64,000 nt of DNA. Source: Octopus sinensis. Lineage: Eukaryota. The notes under the pieces were generated by a model. The model made no database searches and was not told where the DNA came from. It was given only the letters and a program-made list of their open reading frames with translations. Of this stretch, positions 25,177 through 38,699 are shown piece by piece. A program made the position numbers and the translations under genes. Each line of letters begins with the position of its first letter. Position 1 is the first letter of the stretch. The stretch is taken from assembly GCF_006345805.1 (NCBI RefSeq), contig NC_043004.1:41974001-42038000 (forward strand), given 5' to 3'.

Positions 25177-25908
25177 GTATGTATATATTAAATCACACCA
25201 CGGGAAAAACCATTTCCTTCAAAGGGATGGAAAGCATTCTATTTTCACTGGTACTTCAGCTGAATACCGCAAATAAAATGCTATAATTGCGATATACAGA
25301 TATTAAAGTAAATAGAGAAATACAATAATCATATTAAAAATTTATTTACATTATAATATAATATAATTATACTATAAAAAGATACAATAAAATATAATAT
25401 AATGTAATATAATTATACTATGAAAACAGATAATATAATATAACAAATAATTAAAAGAAATATAAATCCAATAATTTGTTTCGATTCATATCCACTCGTG
25501 AATTTATAAAAATTCCCATTTATGCATACAAGTCTCTTCAGTGTCATATTTGTTAAAAAAAAAACAGACAAAAAGTCCATGCAAGGACTGCTAAATCACA
25601 AAAGGGACTGATTTAAAGTATACGTATGTTTACATATACGATAAATATAATAAGAAAAATAACAAAATCCAAATGGATAAAATAACTAAGTAAAGAAAAT
25701 TTACAACGGTCATAAAATGTTCCTATGCATCTCCAGTAATATTAATCTAAAGATATTTTAATCGAAAATAATCTCTGCCCATTTTATTGTATAATAAGAT
25801 CTATATGATATGCTAAAAATTTAAGGTGGAGTAGGAAATATATTTTATTTAAAATTACTATATACATTTCCGATAAAAAAAAAGAGATATATTTTATTCA
25901 GACACTAC

Positions 25909-26345
25909 GGATCTTTTCGGTTTGAACGGCAGTTTTTAACATAATTTCTAGGTAACTAAAAAATTTTAAACTTCGTATACTGGTAGAATGTGTTTATAGA
26001 ACATCTTTTTCTCTTGGCTTTATTGAGAAAATTCTATAGTTTGTAAGATATTTGTTGCATTTTTTCTTCAATTTCTACAATTTCAACCAATCAATGACAT
26101 GTATTGAGTTAAAAAACATACTGTGCCGTATGAATATGTCCCTCGTTTAAGAAACAGATCGGGTTTATTTACATTTGTGAAGAAAAAAAGATACCTTCTC
26201 CCCACCCCTAACCCTACCCCTGACCCTAACTAACCCTAACCCTAAAACAGATTGAAATGCAATAGATCGATACTAGGGTCATAATTATGGGTTACAATTT
26301 CATATGACAACGCTAGAAAAGCTGCCGTTCAAACTGAAAAGATCC
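25909..26345. mobile_element. MITE with about 28-bp TIRs and an 8-bp TSD (Merlin- or hAT-like)
   Basis: TIRs GGATCTTTTCGGTTTGAACGGCAG and its near complement; GACACTAC at 25901-25908 and 26346-26353. Confidence 0.8.
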
Positions 26346-26682
26346 GACACTACATTCATTAAGAATTTGTAATCAACGATTCATTCACACAAATGTTTTT
26401 ACCAAATACGCCGATGTTAAACAAACGTATAAAGATACGATTATTATAAACTATACTATTTCTTACATAAAAATGATAATAATATAAAAATAAAAGTATC
26501 ATTATTTTACTTAGTTTTACAGAAGGAATTAAATAAGAGTAAGGTAATAGTTTTATTATTCTATAATTTTTATGTGTATACAAGTTCGAAAGAACATAAC
26601 ATGATGATATATGCTATATATTGTAAGGTCTACAAGAAATATTCATATCAAAAGATATGTAATTATCACCGTGATTGACAAG

Positions 26683-26897
26683 GTTATCAGATGTTGCTAC
26701 ACATCGCTGGTCACAATGCGCTTCGCATTGTTTTAGCCTTCAAATGACGCCACCCCACTAGCTAAGCGAGCAGGCCGACAGAAGAAAGTGTGAGAGAAAG
26801 TTGTGGCGAAAGAGTACAGCAGAGATTGCCACCAACCCCTGGGAACCGAAACTGCGATCCTACAACCGCGAATCCGCTGCCCCAACCATTGCGCCTC
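26683..26897 (-). mobile_element. tRNA-derived SINE
   Basis: Head GGCGCAATGGTTGGGGCAGCGG..GTTTCGGTTCCC on the minus strand. Confidence 0.7.
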
Positions 26898-26898
26898 A

Positions 26899-26929
<31 letters not shown>

Positions 26930-27110
26930 CAAATTATTCTAATATAATTATTTTAATGAATTTAGTGTTTGAATAAAATATATCTTAATTTATAAATTTT
27001 TTCTTCATCATAGTATATTGTAATTTTAAAGAAGATATATTTGGAACCGCAAAGTTAAGGGGACGTGAATAAAGCAAAACCGGTTGTTAAACCCAAATGC
27101 ACGCGCGCAT

Positions 27111-27151
<41 letters not shown>

Positions 27152-27170
27152 TATATCCTTGACGTTTTAT

Positions 27171-27572
27171 GGGTGCGGGCGTGGCTGTGTGGTACGAAGT
27201 TTGAATTTCCGACCACATGTTTTCGGGTTCAATCCCGTAGCGTGGAACCTGGGGCAAGTGTCTTCTGCTATAACCTCCGACCAAAGCCTAGTGAATGGAT
27301 GTGGTAGACGAAAACGGGAGAACACCCGTCACATGTATGTATATACTTATATGTGTCTAATTGTGTGCTTGTGTGTGTGTGTGTGTGTGTATGTATTTGA
27401 CTGTTTGTCCATCATCTTGACAACCGGTGTTGGTGTGTTTACGTACCCGTTATCTAGCAGTCGGGCAAAACAGAACGATACAAGTAAGTACGGATGTCGA
27501 TTCATTCGACAAAATATTCTTCAAGGAGGTGCCCCAGCATTGTCGCAGTCTAATGAATGAAAGAAATGAAAG
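27171..27572 (+). mobile_element. tRNA SINE
   Basis: GGCGTGGCTGTGTGGTA..GGTTCAATCCC head; family of 18000-18403. Confidence 0.85.
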
Positions 27573-27579
27573 ATATATA

Positions 27580-27788
27580 CTCTTTTACTCTTTTATTTGT
27601 TTCAGTCATTTGACTGCGGCCATGCTGGAGCACCACCTTTCGTCGAGCAAATCGACCCCGGGACTTATTCCTTGTAAGCCCAGTACTTATTCTATCGGTC
27701 TCTGTTGCCGAACCGCTAAGTTACGGGGACGCAAACACACCAGGATCGGCTGTCAAGCAATGCTAGGGGGACAAACACAGACACGCAA

Positions 27789-27833
<45 letters not shown>

Positions 27834-27916
27834 CATATATACGACAGGCTTCTTTCAGTTTCCGTCTACCAAATCCACTCACAAAGCGTTGGTCGGCCCG
27901 GGGGTTATAGCAGAAG
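27580..27916 (-). mobile_element. SINE lacking its head, tail-to-tail with the previous copy
   Basis: Same family; breaks off at 27916. Confidence 0.85.
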
Positions 27917-27918
27917 AC

Positions 27919-28117
27919 ACAATTAATATAACTTATATTAATTGTGATAAATTATAATGGTTTTTGACAATTTGTCTATTTTCGGCATATTTGGCATTAT
28001 AATTTTTTTTCTTTTGCCCTTGTTTTATAAGTTATTTATAAATTTAACCTTTAAAGGTATTTTTTAATAAGCTGGCCATTGATAGAACGTTTTTCGAAAA
28101 CTTTTATCCTACATTAT
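27919..28117 (+). mobile_element. pLTR-like repeat with a 13-bp terminal fold-back
   Basis: ACAATTAATATAA-C-TTATATTAATTGT followed by sequence homologous to 15860-16022. Confidence 0.55.
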
Positions 28118-28582
28118 ATATATATATACAAAACATACAAATGTACACGCACACACACACACACACAGATATATATGCGCACTATATTTGTTTGGGTGTG
28201 CCGGTGTGTAGGGGCAGACGAGAAACATGACAATATCGTACGCTTTTGATGCAACATCCAATCAAACTGCTATTCAGCTACTGTCCTGTTTGTAGTGTAC
28301 GGTTCTTTATTGCTAAATAAGTCTATTTAATTCAATTGCCTATCGGTTCCTCTAGTAAATCCCAGCAGACAAACTATTATTTAATGAGTCTTGCTAAACT
28401 ATATTCTTTAGATATTCGCAAATACACCGATAGAAATTATACCATTCAGGCATACAAGTCCATACGCGCATTTATTGTGTCACATACACAAACACACACA
28501 CACATACACACATGCATGCATGCTCACACCTGGAAACATACAGACCTATATAAATACATGCCGAAAAAAAGAAAGAAAGAAG

Positions 28583-28614
<32 letters not shown>

Positions 28615-29142
28615 AAGAAAGAAAAAAGAAATGTAGAAAAGATATGGTAAGTGAAAGTAGTTTTGCATCGATACATTATCAGACAGACGTACCAAAATCT
28701 GATTTCGATTTACAACTAGACCAACAACGTATACAGCCTTAGCAAGCATGCGCAATAAGGGAGCATAAAGGTGGGGGAAAGTTATTCTATCGAGCCTCTC
28801 CCTTTTCCTCTCTCTCTCTGTAAATATTCTTGCTCTCCTGTATATATATATATGAAACCGGCCTTAGCAAACATATTCTGTCTGTTTTACTAGAAAGAGG
28901 TAGAAACTGATATCAGTCCGGGATGTAAAGTTATCGGTAAGTGTTTTTGATTTTCACTCTCGATAAATGTATCCCTTTTTTGTGTCCCTAGCACTTGGCA
29001 TCCTTATTTAAGAGCCCTTATATATATTTCTACATGAATAATATTTTTCTATATGAATAATATTTAGTCTAATGACTAATTAGTCTAATGACTAATTCGT
29101 CTTTTGTGCTGGGCCACTGGTAGTAATCTATATTATTACCCT

Positions 29143-29202
<60 letters not shown>

Positions 29203-29204
<2 letters not shown>

Positions 29205-29622
29205 TCTTAATCTTTACTCTTTTACTTGTCTCAGTCATTTGACTGTGGCCATGCTGGAGCACCGCCTTTAGTCGAGCAAATCGAAACCAGGACTTATTCT
29301 TTGTAAGCCTAGTACTTATTCTATCATTCTCTTTTGCCGAACCGCTATGTTACGGGGACGTAAACACACCAGCAATCGGTTGTCAAGCGTTGTTGGGGGG
29401 ACAAACACAAACACACAAACATATATACATACACACACACATAAATATATATATGTATTCATATATAGGACAGGCTCCTTTTAGTTTCCGTCTACCAAAT
29501 CCATTCACAAGGCTTTGGTCGGCCCGCGGCTATAGTAGAAGACATTTGCCCAAGGTGCCACGCGGTGGGACTGAACCCGGAACCGGTAAGCAAACTACTT
29601 ACCAGACAGCCACTCCTACGCC
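29203..29622 (-). mobile_element. tRNA SINE
   Basis: Family of 18000-18403. Confidence 0.85.
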
Positions 29623-29639
29623 TATATATATATATACAT

Positions 29640-29830
29640 ATAATGGCAAAGTTTACGAAAATAAACAAAAGACGAAGGCAGGTGGAGAACAAACAAACAG
29701 ATGTATTAGTATAGCGCTCAGGAATAGAAAAGTGTTTTACGTTTCGAGCCTACGCTCTTCGACAGAAAGATACACAGAAAAAAACAAGCAGAGAAAAAAA
29801 TGCGTGTAGGATCGAACGATCTATCATAAA
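29640..29830 (-). mobile_element. Solo pLTR-like repeat (family F4) next to (TA)n
   Basis: Homologous to 52606-52860 and the tail at 41428-41509; carries an HHR motif. Confidence 0.7.
29735..29768 (-). ncRNA. Minimal hammerhead motif, A6U variant, loopless helix III
   Basis: TTT-CTGTCGA-A-GAGC-GTAG-GCTC-GAAAC-GTA-AAA. Confidence 0.6.
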
Positions 29831-30670
29831 TATATATATATAATGTATACACACACATTTATATATATAACATATACGTATATCTTCGTTTATACGTACA
29901 ATGTTACACTCATTAAAAGAAAGTTCAATGCATACAATATAGACGTATAATATTTATCCGAAGCACTTATTACTACTTAAAATTTCGCATTCTTATCTTC
30001 AGTTAAAAACATAAATAAATAAACATATATACATTAAAGAATTTGAAATACACTCTTATTAATATCCGCCGGGGCTTTGTCGTTGTTAACCAAACACACA
30101 ATGATGCTTGTATAACGGTTGGAAGATGAAACAGAAAAATGATACAGAAGAAATTAAAAAAAAAAAGAAAAGAATAATCACACAAAAATAATGCGAGAAT
30201 TCACAAGAAAAGTGATAAGTGGTTGACTATACAGTAATTCTTATTCATGAAACCTTAATATGTAGAAAATATTTAGAATTTCGAAAATTGATATTCGAAA
30301 GCTATGCAAATTTTGATATAAAAGAAACGATTCTGCAAGATTTAACATTTGGTTGGCCTTGTGCCATTTTATACTTTGTAAAGGCGTGTGTATCTATGCA
30401 TAGAAGCAATGTCAAACTCTAAATTTCCGTTCATGAGTCGGCATGGTATAGCAATTTTCTCCGAGGTAAAAATGATATAGAAGTTATAGATGCATTGCAT
30501 ATTTTAATGCAATAAAGTTTTAAACTTACCTTTTTTTTTCTGTTTGAAAACAGAAATATGATTTCTTTGATGTGTACCTGTTGTTTCTCAAACATTAGTG
30601 AGTTTCTTTGAAATAGGTTTATTTTGAGATCATCATATTCCTTAGTCATCGAATGATTTACGATTAACAG

Positions 30671-30716
<46 letters not shown>

Positions 30717-30961
30717 GGTACCGGTAGAGACAGGTTTCTTCAAAGTGACACTTTTCAGATTTTACGCAATTCGATATTTTGGATGGGTAAGTAGTGCTTG
30801 AAGATACACGTTTTCATAATTAGTAATTGACAATGATGCAGTGAAATAATTTCTACACTTTATCTATTTTTCATATAATTTTTGTTAAAACTTTTTTCAT
30901 GTTTACAGTCACAATAGAAATGTTTATTCAATAATTAAAAAGAAAAATGCTCGGTAAGAGA

Positions 30962-31570
30962 TTATTCATAGTGGCATTTTGCCTGTGCTTACGTACTGAA
31001 TGCAAAATCTACTGAGGTCGGCTTTGTTTTTCGTTCTTTCGGAGTCGATAAAATATGTAATAATTGAGCACTGGAGTCGAAGTAATACCAAATCGCTGAT
31101 CTTGAGTCATACTTAGAAACCATTCGTGTATTTCAAATATTGGCACAAGTCCAGCAATTTAGGGGATATGAGTAAGTCGATTGCATCAACTCCGTTGGTC
31201 AAATGATACTCTTTTTATTGACACTGAGAGGATTAAAACTAAAGTCGACCACAGCGGAATATTAAAACCAAAGTCAAACACAGCGGAATTTTAATTCAGA
31301 ACGAAATGCCGCGAAGCATTTTACCCAGTGCGCAAACGATTCTGCCAGCTCGCTGCTTAGCGTATTCATAAAGTTTAGTATACAATTTTGGGTACAAGGC
31401 CAGAAATTTCGTGGGGGGGGGGCTAAGTCGATTGCAGTGTTCGACTGCTACTTATTTTATCGACTCCGAAACTATAAAAGACCACGGCGGAATTTGAGCT
31501 CAGAACGTATGGACGAAAGAACTGCCATGAAAGATTTTGCCCGGGTTGCTAACGATTCTGCCAGGCTTAG
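30962..31570. mobile_element. Three decayed CORE-SINE remnants in mixed orientation
   Basis: Similar to 16712-16926 (gtcgataaaata, aaagtcgac, gaattt..ctcagaacgt). Confidence 0.6.
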
Positions 31571-33849
31571 TGTATTAATAAATATTACCATTATATTTTA
31601 CGTTTCCGCTCCTTTTTCTATGTGTGTTTTCAAAAGTAACTATTTTATCTTCAGTAGCTGGTTTTTCTTGGCACTACTTTTTGTTCGGTTGACGAGAGCT
31701 GCGAATATGCAAAACAGAGACGAGTCATAATTTTTTGGATGAATGATTTAAGATGCTGGGATTGGTGATGGTACTTGTGACTTCAACTTTTATTTGTATA
31801 TTCATATATTTCCTTCTTACCTATACTGAACAATAGTATTTATGTCTGAAGCTTGTCCTATACTACCAAATGATATGTGTATAGTTTTACTATGCGAAAC
31901 TATTAACCGCTAAACATGTCACACAAATAATGTGCAACACGTGAACGACACAGCATATGCTGTCAAGGTTGCCGATGGCATGAATAGGCCCAAGAAGGTA
32001 GCCAATCAATACTATTCAATATTATCACATAGTCCCACCTATACAATAATATATTTATCCCTTGGCTAACACCGTATCAGTACCTGTTCACGTCAGTGCC
32101 CGCTTTGTCAAATGACACCTTCTCGACGGTAAGAGCATACGCATTTGATTACAGATATATCTCTATTCGTTTGTATGAATTGAAGAAATATCCTGTGGAG
32201 CTAATATCGAAGAGTTTGCATTGGATATACTCTTTTTACGTCATGGTACGACACATTTCTCTCATGATGCCGCACCATAAGATATCATTAAAAGACGGTC
32301 TCAACGTTGCCGCTTTTTCCTTAGAACTTCAGTTTGTTAGCTTTGACCGCAGCGAAAATAGGTATTCAAACATAATAATACATACATGGGCAGGGAAGCG
32401 TGAATCATTCATCTGAGACATCACGTGTTCTGACTTTTTTCTAGCAACCGCGTTTAAAAACCGGCTATAAACTTAGCAGCTGACAAAGTACGAATCAGTC
32501 ATGGACATATTCTTTTTGCGCTCGTCACTGTTGGTATCTTCAGCGTCAAAGTGGGATATAAATAAAACTCGCTGCTATTGGCTTAAATGTGACCACAATG
32601 TCACACACAAACTCGTACACAAACATACTTATAGAGGTAATTATGCGGATAAACAGATTAGATATATAAAGTATAACATAAAAGTTTGGGCTTGGAACAC
32701 AAAAGAAGTATATATGTAGACATGGAAAACGAGAGAAAGCAAAAGATGGAGACCCCCAGACGATGAATATCTAAGTACAAATATATAGATATTTATATTA
32801 ATAGATTCCACTTACAGAGGACAAAAGACAGAGAAAATTAAAGAGTTGAAAGAAGGGTTTTATAAGTCCAACAGCTGTTTCTTGGGGCTTGAAGATCCCT
32901 GATAATGCTGGTGGCTGTGGTTTATCACAATATGCGGCCACAATGGATGCAATCAACATAGGATAAGACAAGCCTCTGTCATCATAGTGGAGAAGATCTT
33001 ACATTTCAGATCTTAATGCAGAGAAGTCCAAATATATTTATATGAACATACACACATATATGTATATATGTATTTATATACATACATATATGCGTGTTTG
33101 TGTGTCTATGTCTATGAATTTGTATATAAAAGAAAAATGTGACGTATTAATATCTCTTAGAGCTTTAACAACGCAGTTGTAATATAAATTATAAATTATT
33201 ATGTCTTCGATTTCGTTGTATAGTTAAAATTGTTTTCTTGGCGTAAAATGAAAAATATAAGATAACAACTCCCAATGTAGAGCGATAAGTCTGTAACGAA
33301 AACTACGGCTTTCAGACATGTTGTCTCCTATGACTGCACATTCAGTACTACTTATGAAGACTTTTATACTATCTTAAGAATCAAATGTTTCAAACAATAA
33401 AATTTCAAATGAAATTATACTTCTCATAGTTTTCTGTAAAGTTCAAAATAACCGTGAAAATTCCACAGGTACTACTAGAATTGAAAGATTAGAATTGATG
33501 TTACCGCAAAGCATTTCGCCAAGTTGCTTTTTCATGAATCAGTAACAATGTATAATAATTCTCTTCTGACGTTCTAAATTCATATAGTTTATTTTGTGTC
33601 TTATTTTCCTTCTTATTTTCGTCTATTCTCAATATAATTATTTTTTTTTTGTTATCATTTATTTTATCTGTATTTGACTTTTTTCTGTTATTTCAGCCGT
33701 TTTCTTGTTTAGTTCTTTATCTTTTTATATTATCATTTTATTTTCTTTGGTTTATATTTTCCTGTTTCATTTTCCACCCGTTATCTCAGGACATATCACA
33801 GAGTCACTCCGTGGGTGTCGATAACAAATTACAACGCCAGCAGACTTTT

Positions 33850-35640
33850 AAATTGACTGGATAAAATCATCAACAGGCATTACCGATTCATTTCTATGTT
33901 TGCTTATTTGCAGGGTCTCGAGGAAGGAGCAGCACCCATGAGAGTGATAGCCTGTTGCATGGATGACATTGATGCTGTTAGAGTTTTCTTCATGATTTTT
34001 AAACCAACCCAGTTGTGAAAGACGCTAACATGGAGGAAATTCTTGTGGGCCGATATCCTTGAAAAAAAGCACAGCCTTTAGAGATTACTGGAGTTCTTAG
34101 GTGTTATCCACAACAAGGGGAGGAGTAAGAGCAGATAAAATATGTGGAACGGGAATGAAATGCCTAAGTGGGATTGCATGGGCTCAGCCACCTCTGAAAA
34201 CAGTGATCGTTCTGGTATCAATAGTAAGGGGGTAGATATAGAAAACAGCGCGACTGGATGGACTCTAGGCTAACCAGTCGGGTGGCCTATTTTTAAACGC
34301 AATAAAGGTTATCTGTGTGGTGCAGCTGTAACATCATTCCAAGCGTAAAAGCAATACTACCTTACGACCTCCGAAGAGCGTCAATAATTACTATTGGATG
34401 AAGTCTATTGTGAACCTTAAGTGGATGGGAACCCATTGTTATGTAGTCCTAGTTATGTGCTTTCACCAGAAATGAGGAATCTAGCTGAAGGTTGTTCATG
34501 ATTAAGTAGAGGGGTGGCATAATGATGCGTTTTCTTCTGATGTGAGTAGCATTTGTGTTCCTTTTTATTTAAATACACAATAGTGGTTTCTTTCGAGATC
34601 TCTTCTCATGGAATCGTTATGGATTTGAAGCGTAGTGCGTCGGGTGCAATAAGATAATATATGGCTGGAGTAAGCTAAGGACAAACAAAGGGTCATGTTA
34701 GTGCATAATAGTGGGTGTTGATGGATGTGCCGGCAAATAATATACTGATGAATAGGAAGAAAGTAGGCTGAAGGTCAAAATAGATCCATGAGGTATACCA
34801 AATTTGAAAAACTGTGGAAGAGAAAGAGATCAGTGACTGCATGCCGTAATACGACCTACAGGAAAGCCACTAAAGAAATGAGAGGTGGTTGGAATTCATT
34901 GGCAAGAAGTTTTGACTGCAGAGTTTTATATCAAACTTGGTCGAAATCTTTGGTAGCGTCATGAGCAAAAGCTGTCGTCAAATATCGCTAAGGCAAGGGT
35001 ACATTGCTGGTGAGGGAGAACAGCTGGATACCAGTGGATCTGGTTTTACAGAAACCATTGGTGGTCATCAAGGAAAGAAATGGAAGAGTGTGAGGGATAG
35101 AAAATGATAGAAAGAAAAAGATAGAAAGAAGGAGAGAAAGAGAGAGAGAGAGAAAGATAGAGAAAGAGTGAGAAATAAATAGAGATAGAGAGAAAGGGAT
35201 AGAGAGAAAGATAGAGAGAGAAAAGGAGAGAGAGAGAGAGAAAGAGAGAGATAGCTTTTCAGTGAGTTGTAGGGCATCTTTGTTAATGGTTGTCGACATT
35301 AACACAAAGATATTAATACTAAGTGCAACAGCGTGATAATTGGGTGGGCCAGAGAGGTTATTGTTTTCTGGAATGGGATAGCTTGTTTCCAGTGATCACT
35401 GTTTATTTCTACAGAGAGCGAGTTAATGTAGGGTTGATGAGTATATAAACTACTTCTGAGGGTAACGAATGGCATATGGTCAAGGCTCATAGTCTTGTTT
35501 GAACTTGCTTTTCAATGTAGTTTTGGCTGCATAGCCAGAAGCGAAGATGGATGCTTTTTCTATGGGTACATAGCTCATAAAACAATTGTGGAGGCAGTAA
35601 AGTAGAGCTTTATAAAATACTAACACTGTTGAGCTGTAGA
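33850..35640 (-). mobile_element. Old CR1/L2-like LINE RT remnant split by (GA)n
   Basis: Degenerate motifs SGPPNYHAVAL (NYRPI), ATKDFDQV (KAFD.V) and GIPHGSILT (GVPQGS). Confidence 0.65.
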
Positions 35641-37658
35641 GGCGATCAAGGTTGGAGTCAGAAAACTTGAATCTCCTACATCAATACTTTTCGTCAGTAG
35701 TATATTTTCTTCAAAACAAGATTTCAAAGTTACTGCAACTTCAATATATAACAGGATATTCTAAACACTTTAAAAGAAATGCAATTCTCCCCTAAAAAAA
35801 TAAATCTACGAACAAATAATTTTATATATGATTCAAGCGAAAAATGTATACACAGAGGAAACAAAATTATAAATGAAAATAGATACTTACAAACAACTGA
35901 GATAACATTCTGCCAGAAGACACAAACGGATCAAACATTTCCAAAACTAGACAACCGTTATTTATACAAAATGTGATGTCTACATAAAATAGGAGAAAAT
36001 ACTAAGTGCAAGTTTTCAAAAGAATATATTGAAAGAAACCATATAGTCAAAAGGAATATTTAATGAAAAATGTGGGAGAATACTGACTTCAAGGAACTAA
36101 ACTTTACATTTTTAGACAAATCACGAACAAGAACATAAGATCAGCATTCATGTAGAAAATTCAACAGATTGACAAAGTCCAAAACTTTTGCCTCCGATGG
36201 TAGCTAGGTCAAATATTTTTTATATCTATATATATTTCATCCAGGCATCCAAGTTCTAGTTATGTCATAGAGACTATTGTAGGTAACATGTTTTGAGAAC
36301 AGTTACAATGTCAGATAAATCACCATTTGGTATGTAGTGTTATCATCTCGTATGTTCCGTTTTCACATCTCGCTGAAGAATAATTTTATTTTCTATGAAT
36401 CTGCGATCAATGAAATAAGTACTAGTCAAAACCTGAGATGGATGAAATCAACTCCTCCTCCCCGTGTGATATCTTATTTATGTAAGATTTCAGTAAGGAA
36501 ACGGAACGACTCTGATAAATCACCATCATAGCGTATTACGATTAAACATTTGATGCGATGTTAATGCTTGATAAGTTCATACTATATTTCCCTTAACAGT
36601 GATTGACAGAAGAGTAGGGGGAAGAAAGATCACTAACGTGTATACATGCTTAGAAATAAACCAATTACTTTGGTGCTGAGTTGAAAAATATCGGATAACA
36701 ACTTCTAATATATAGGAAGCTGTCGTAAATAAACCAAAGGAAAACTGACTGAAAAGTGTTCGTTAGTGACTGGAATGGATTTAATCATTTTGAACCTTGC
36801 AACAATGTGACATCATTAATGAACACTCAGAAGTTATTTTATCTAGTGAATGTTAACAAAACATAATACAAAAAGATAAGGAATGTCGCTTAAGTCGAAA
36901 TACATACCTTCTGCTCTCAGATTCTTATATGTAGGGATTTATATATTTTGCACGAAGTATATTTTACTATATTTTATTTTCAGTAAGAAGTATGTTAGGT
37001 TGTTACGGAATTGTTACTGAAATTAGAAAACTAATTGATTTTAATGTAAAATTAATAGAAAGTTATTCCCCTTTATTTTCCTTGATATAGACTGCGATTT
37101 TGCAGCTTTGTTGGGGTATATTTTAGAATAATTGTCATTGTTGAAAAATTAATCTTCCTGTAGTTGCTACTGAATATATTTAATGATGTAACAAAAAGAA
37201 TGCTATACTTATCCAATCTATAACATCTGCAGAAAGTTCTAGTTAAGTTTTTGTTTCAACTTACATTATCTATAAAGGAGACGGACATTTTTTTCCAATA
37301 CAATCCATTTTCCATTCTGTTATATATTTTCCAATCCCAGAAATCGACATCAGGTGTATGACGCTTTCATTTCATGGAAATTTTATTTGAATTAGCCGAG
37401 GCATATTTCGAAAGATCAAGACGAATTGTATACTGCTTGTGACTTTGATACACCCATCAACTCAGTTCTTCCTACAAACGCCATTCTTTGCAATTCTTGC
37501 AATAATATTCATGTCTCAGGCGAGAGATTTAGGAATAGTTGCATATTATTGATTATATTCTCCACGCAAACTTCCCACAGTTGACAATGTCTAATGCGTT
37601 TAATACCTTTCCCAGATTAACATAAATATACAATATACCCGGAACCGGAATATATATA

Positions 37659-38235
37659 CAGGGTGGCCCAAAAGTAGGTTTACAGTTATTCATCTATCTC
37701 TTTCGCATTTATATATTAACAGTTTAGATATTAATTGTAAAAACAAATATGAAACTATTATTCTATGCCAATTTAGTTAATTTTGTCGAGCTACCTTTTC
37801 AGTTTGTAATTGTTTCTCTTTTTTTACAGGTACTATAAGGTGTGAGCCTTGGCAAACAATTTAAATCAACAGCAAAGAAAGTGGATACTAACGCAGTACT
37901 TTAGGGTTAGGGTACAACAAAGCCGAGGAGGTGCGCACAGCATGGCAAGAAGAACTTTCACACTCCTCCATCTTGACGCCAGACAATTTATCGGATAAGA
38001 AATTAATTTGATACCATAGGTTCAGTGAGTAATGCACCTAAATCTGGACGCCCTAAGAATTCTGTGACAGGAAAATGAGATGTTAGTGGCTACGATATTG
38101 GTGAACAGTCCAAGAAGTGTGTTTAAGATGTGTATAAACAATATGATTGTAAGATAGAAATTGAAATGTTATAAAATGTTTTAAAAGAAATTTAAAGAGC
38201 CTACGTGATAACTGTAAGATTACTTTTAGGCCAAC

Positions 38236-38238
<3 letters not shown>
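37659..38238 (+). mobile_element. Non-autonomous Tc1/mariner element
   Basis: TIRs CAGGGTGGCCCAAAAGTA and TACTTTTAGGCCAACCTG, TA flanks, HTH remnant (GSVSNAPKSGRP). Confidence 0.75.
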
Positions 38239-38297
<59 letters not shown>

Positions 38298-38334
38298 AAA
38301 CAAGTCAGGATAGAAAATGTTAAAATAATTTTAT

Positions 38335-38382
38335 AAAGAACATTTCAGTATCGGTTTCATTCATTGAGACCTTTTCAACTCT
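38335..38382 (-). ncRNA. Degenerate hammerhead motif, U3-A8 variant
   Basis: AGAG-TTGAAAA-GGTCTC-AATGAAT-GAAACC-GAT-AC-TGAAAT-GTT-CTTT; A14T and one stem II mismatch. Confidence 0.45.
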
Positions 38383-38699
38383 AACATTCTCCAAAGCATC
38401 TATAATTCTAGTAACACGGTTCCCTCCACTTAGGGGAAAATTCTCCCTCCCTTCTATTTCTTAGCAAACTTTCTTTCTTTTCGCCTCTTACTCCAAAACC
38501 AACCGTAAGTGGTAGCACCAACAGTCGCCAGTCAAAATTTCCATTCTAGTATCTACGCTATTAAATATTCATTTTCTCGGTCACCGATGGAGAGAAATGT
38601 GGCTTTGAAAATACTACTCATTATTCGATTCGCATCATCTGTTTATACATACATACATGCATACATACATATATGGACAACGATTCTCACCCTTTCCTA

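Noticed and set aside
32096-32719. 106-aa and 72-aa ORFs and a 32-bp AG..GTAAGA micro-exon candidate
   Set aside because: Non-repetitive but no motif support; needs RNA-seq.
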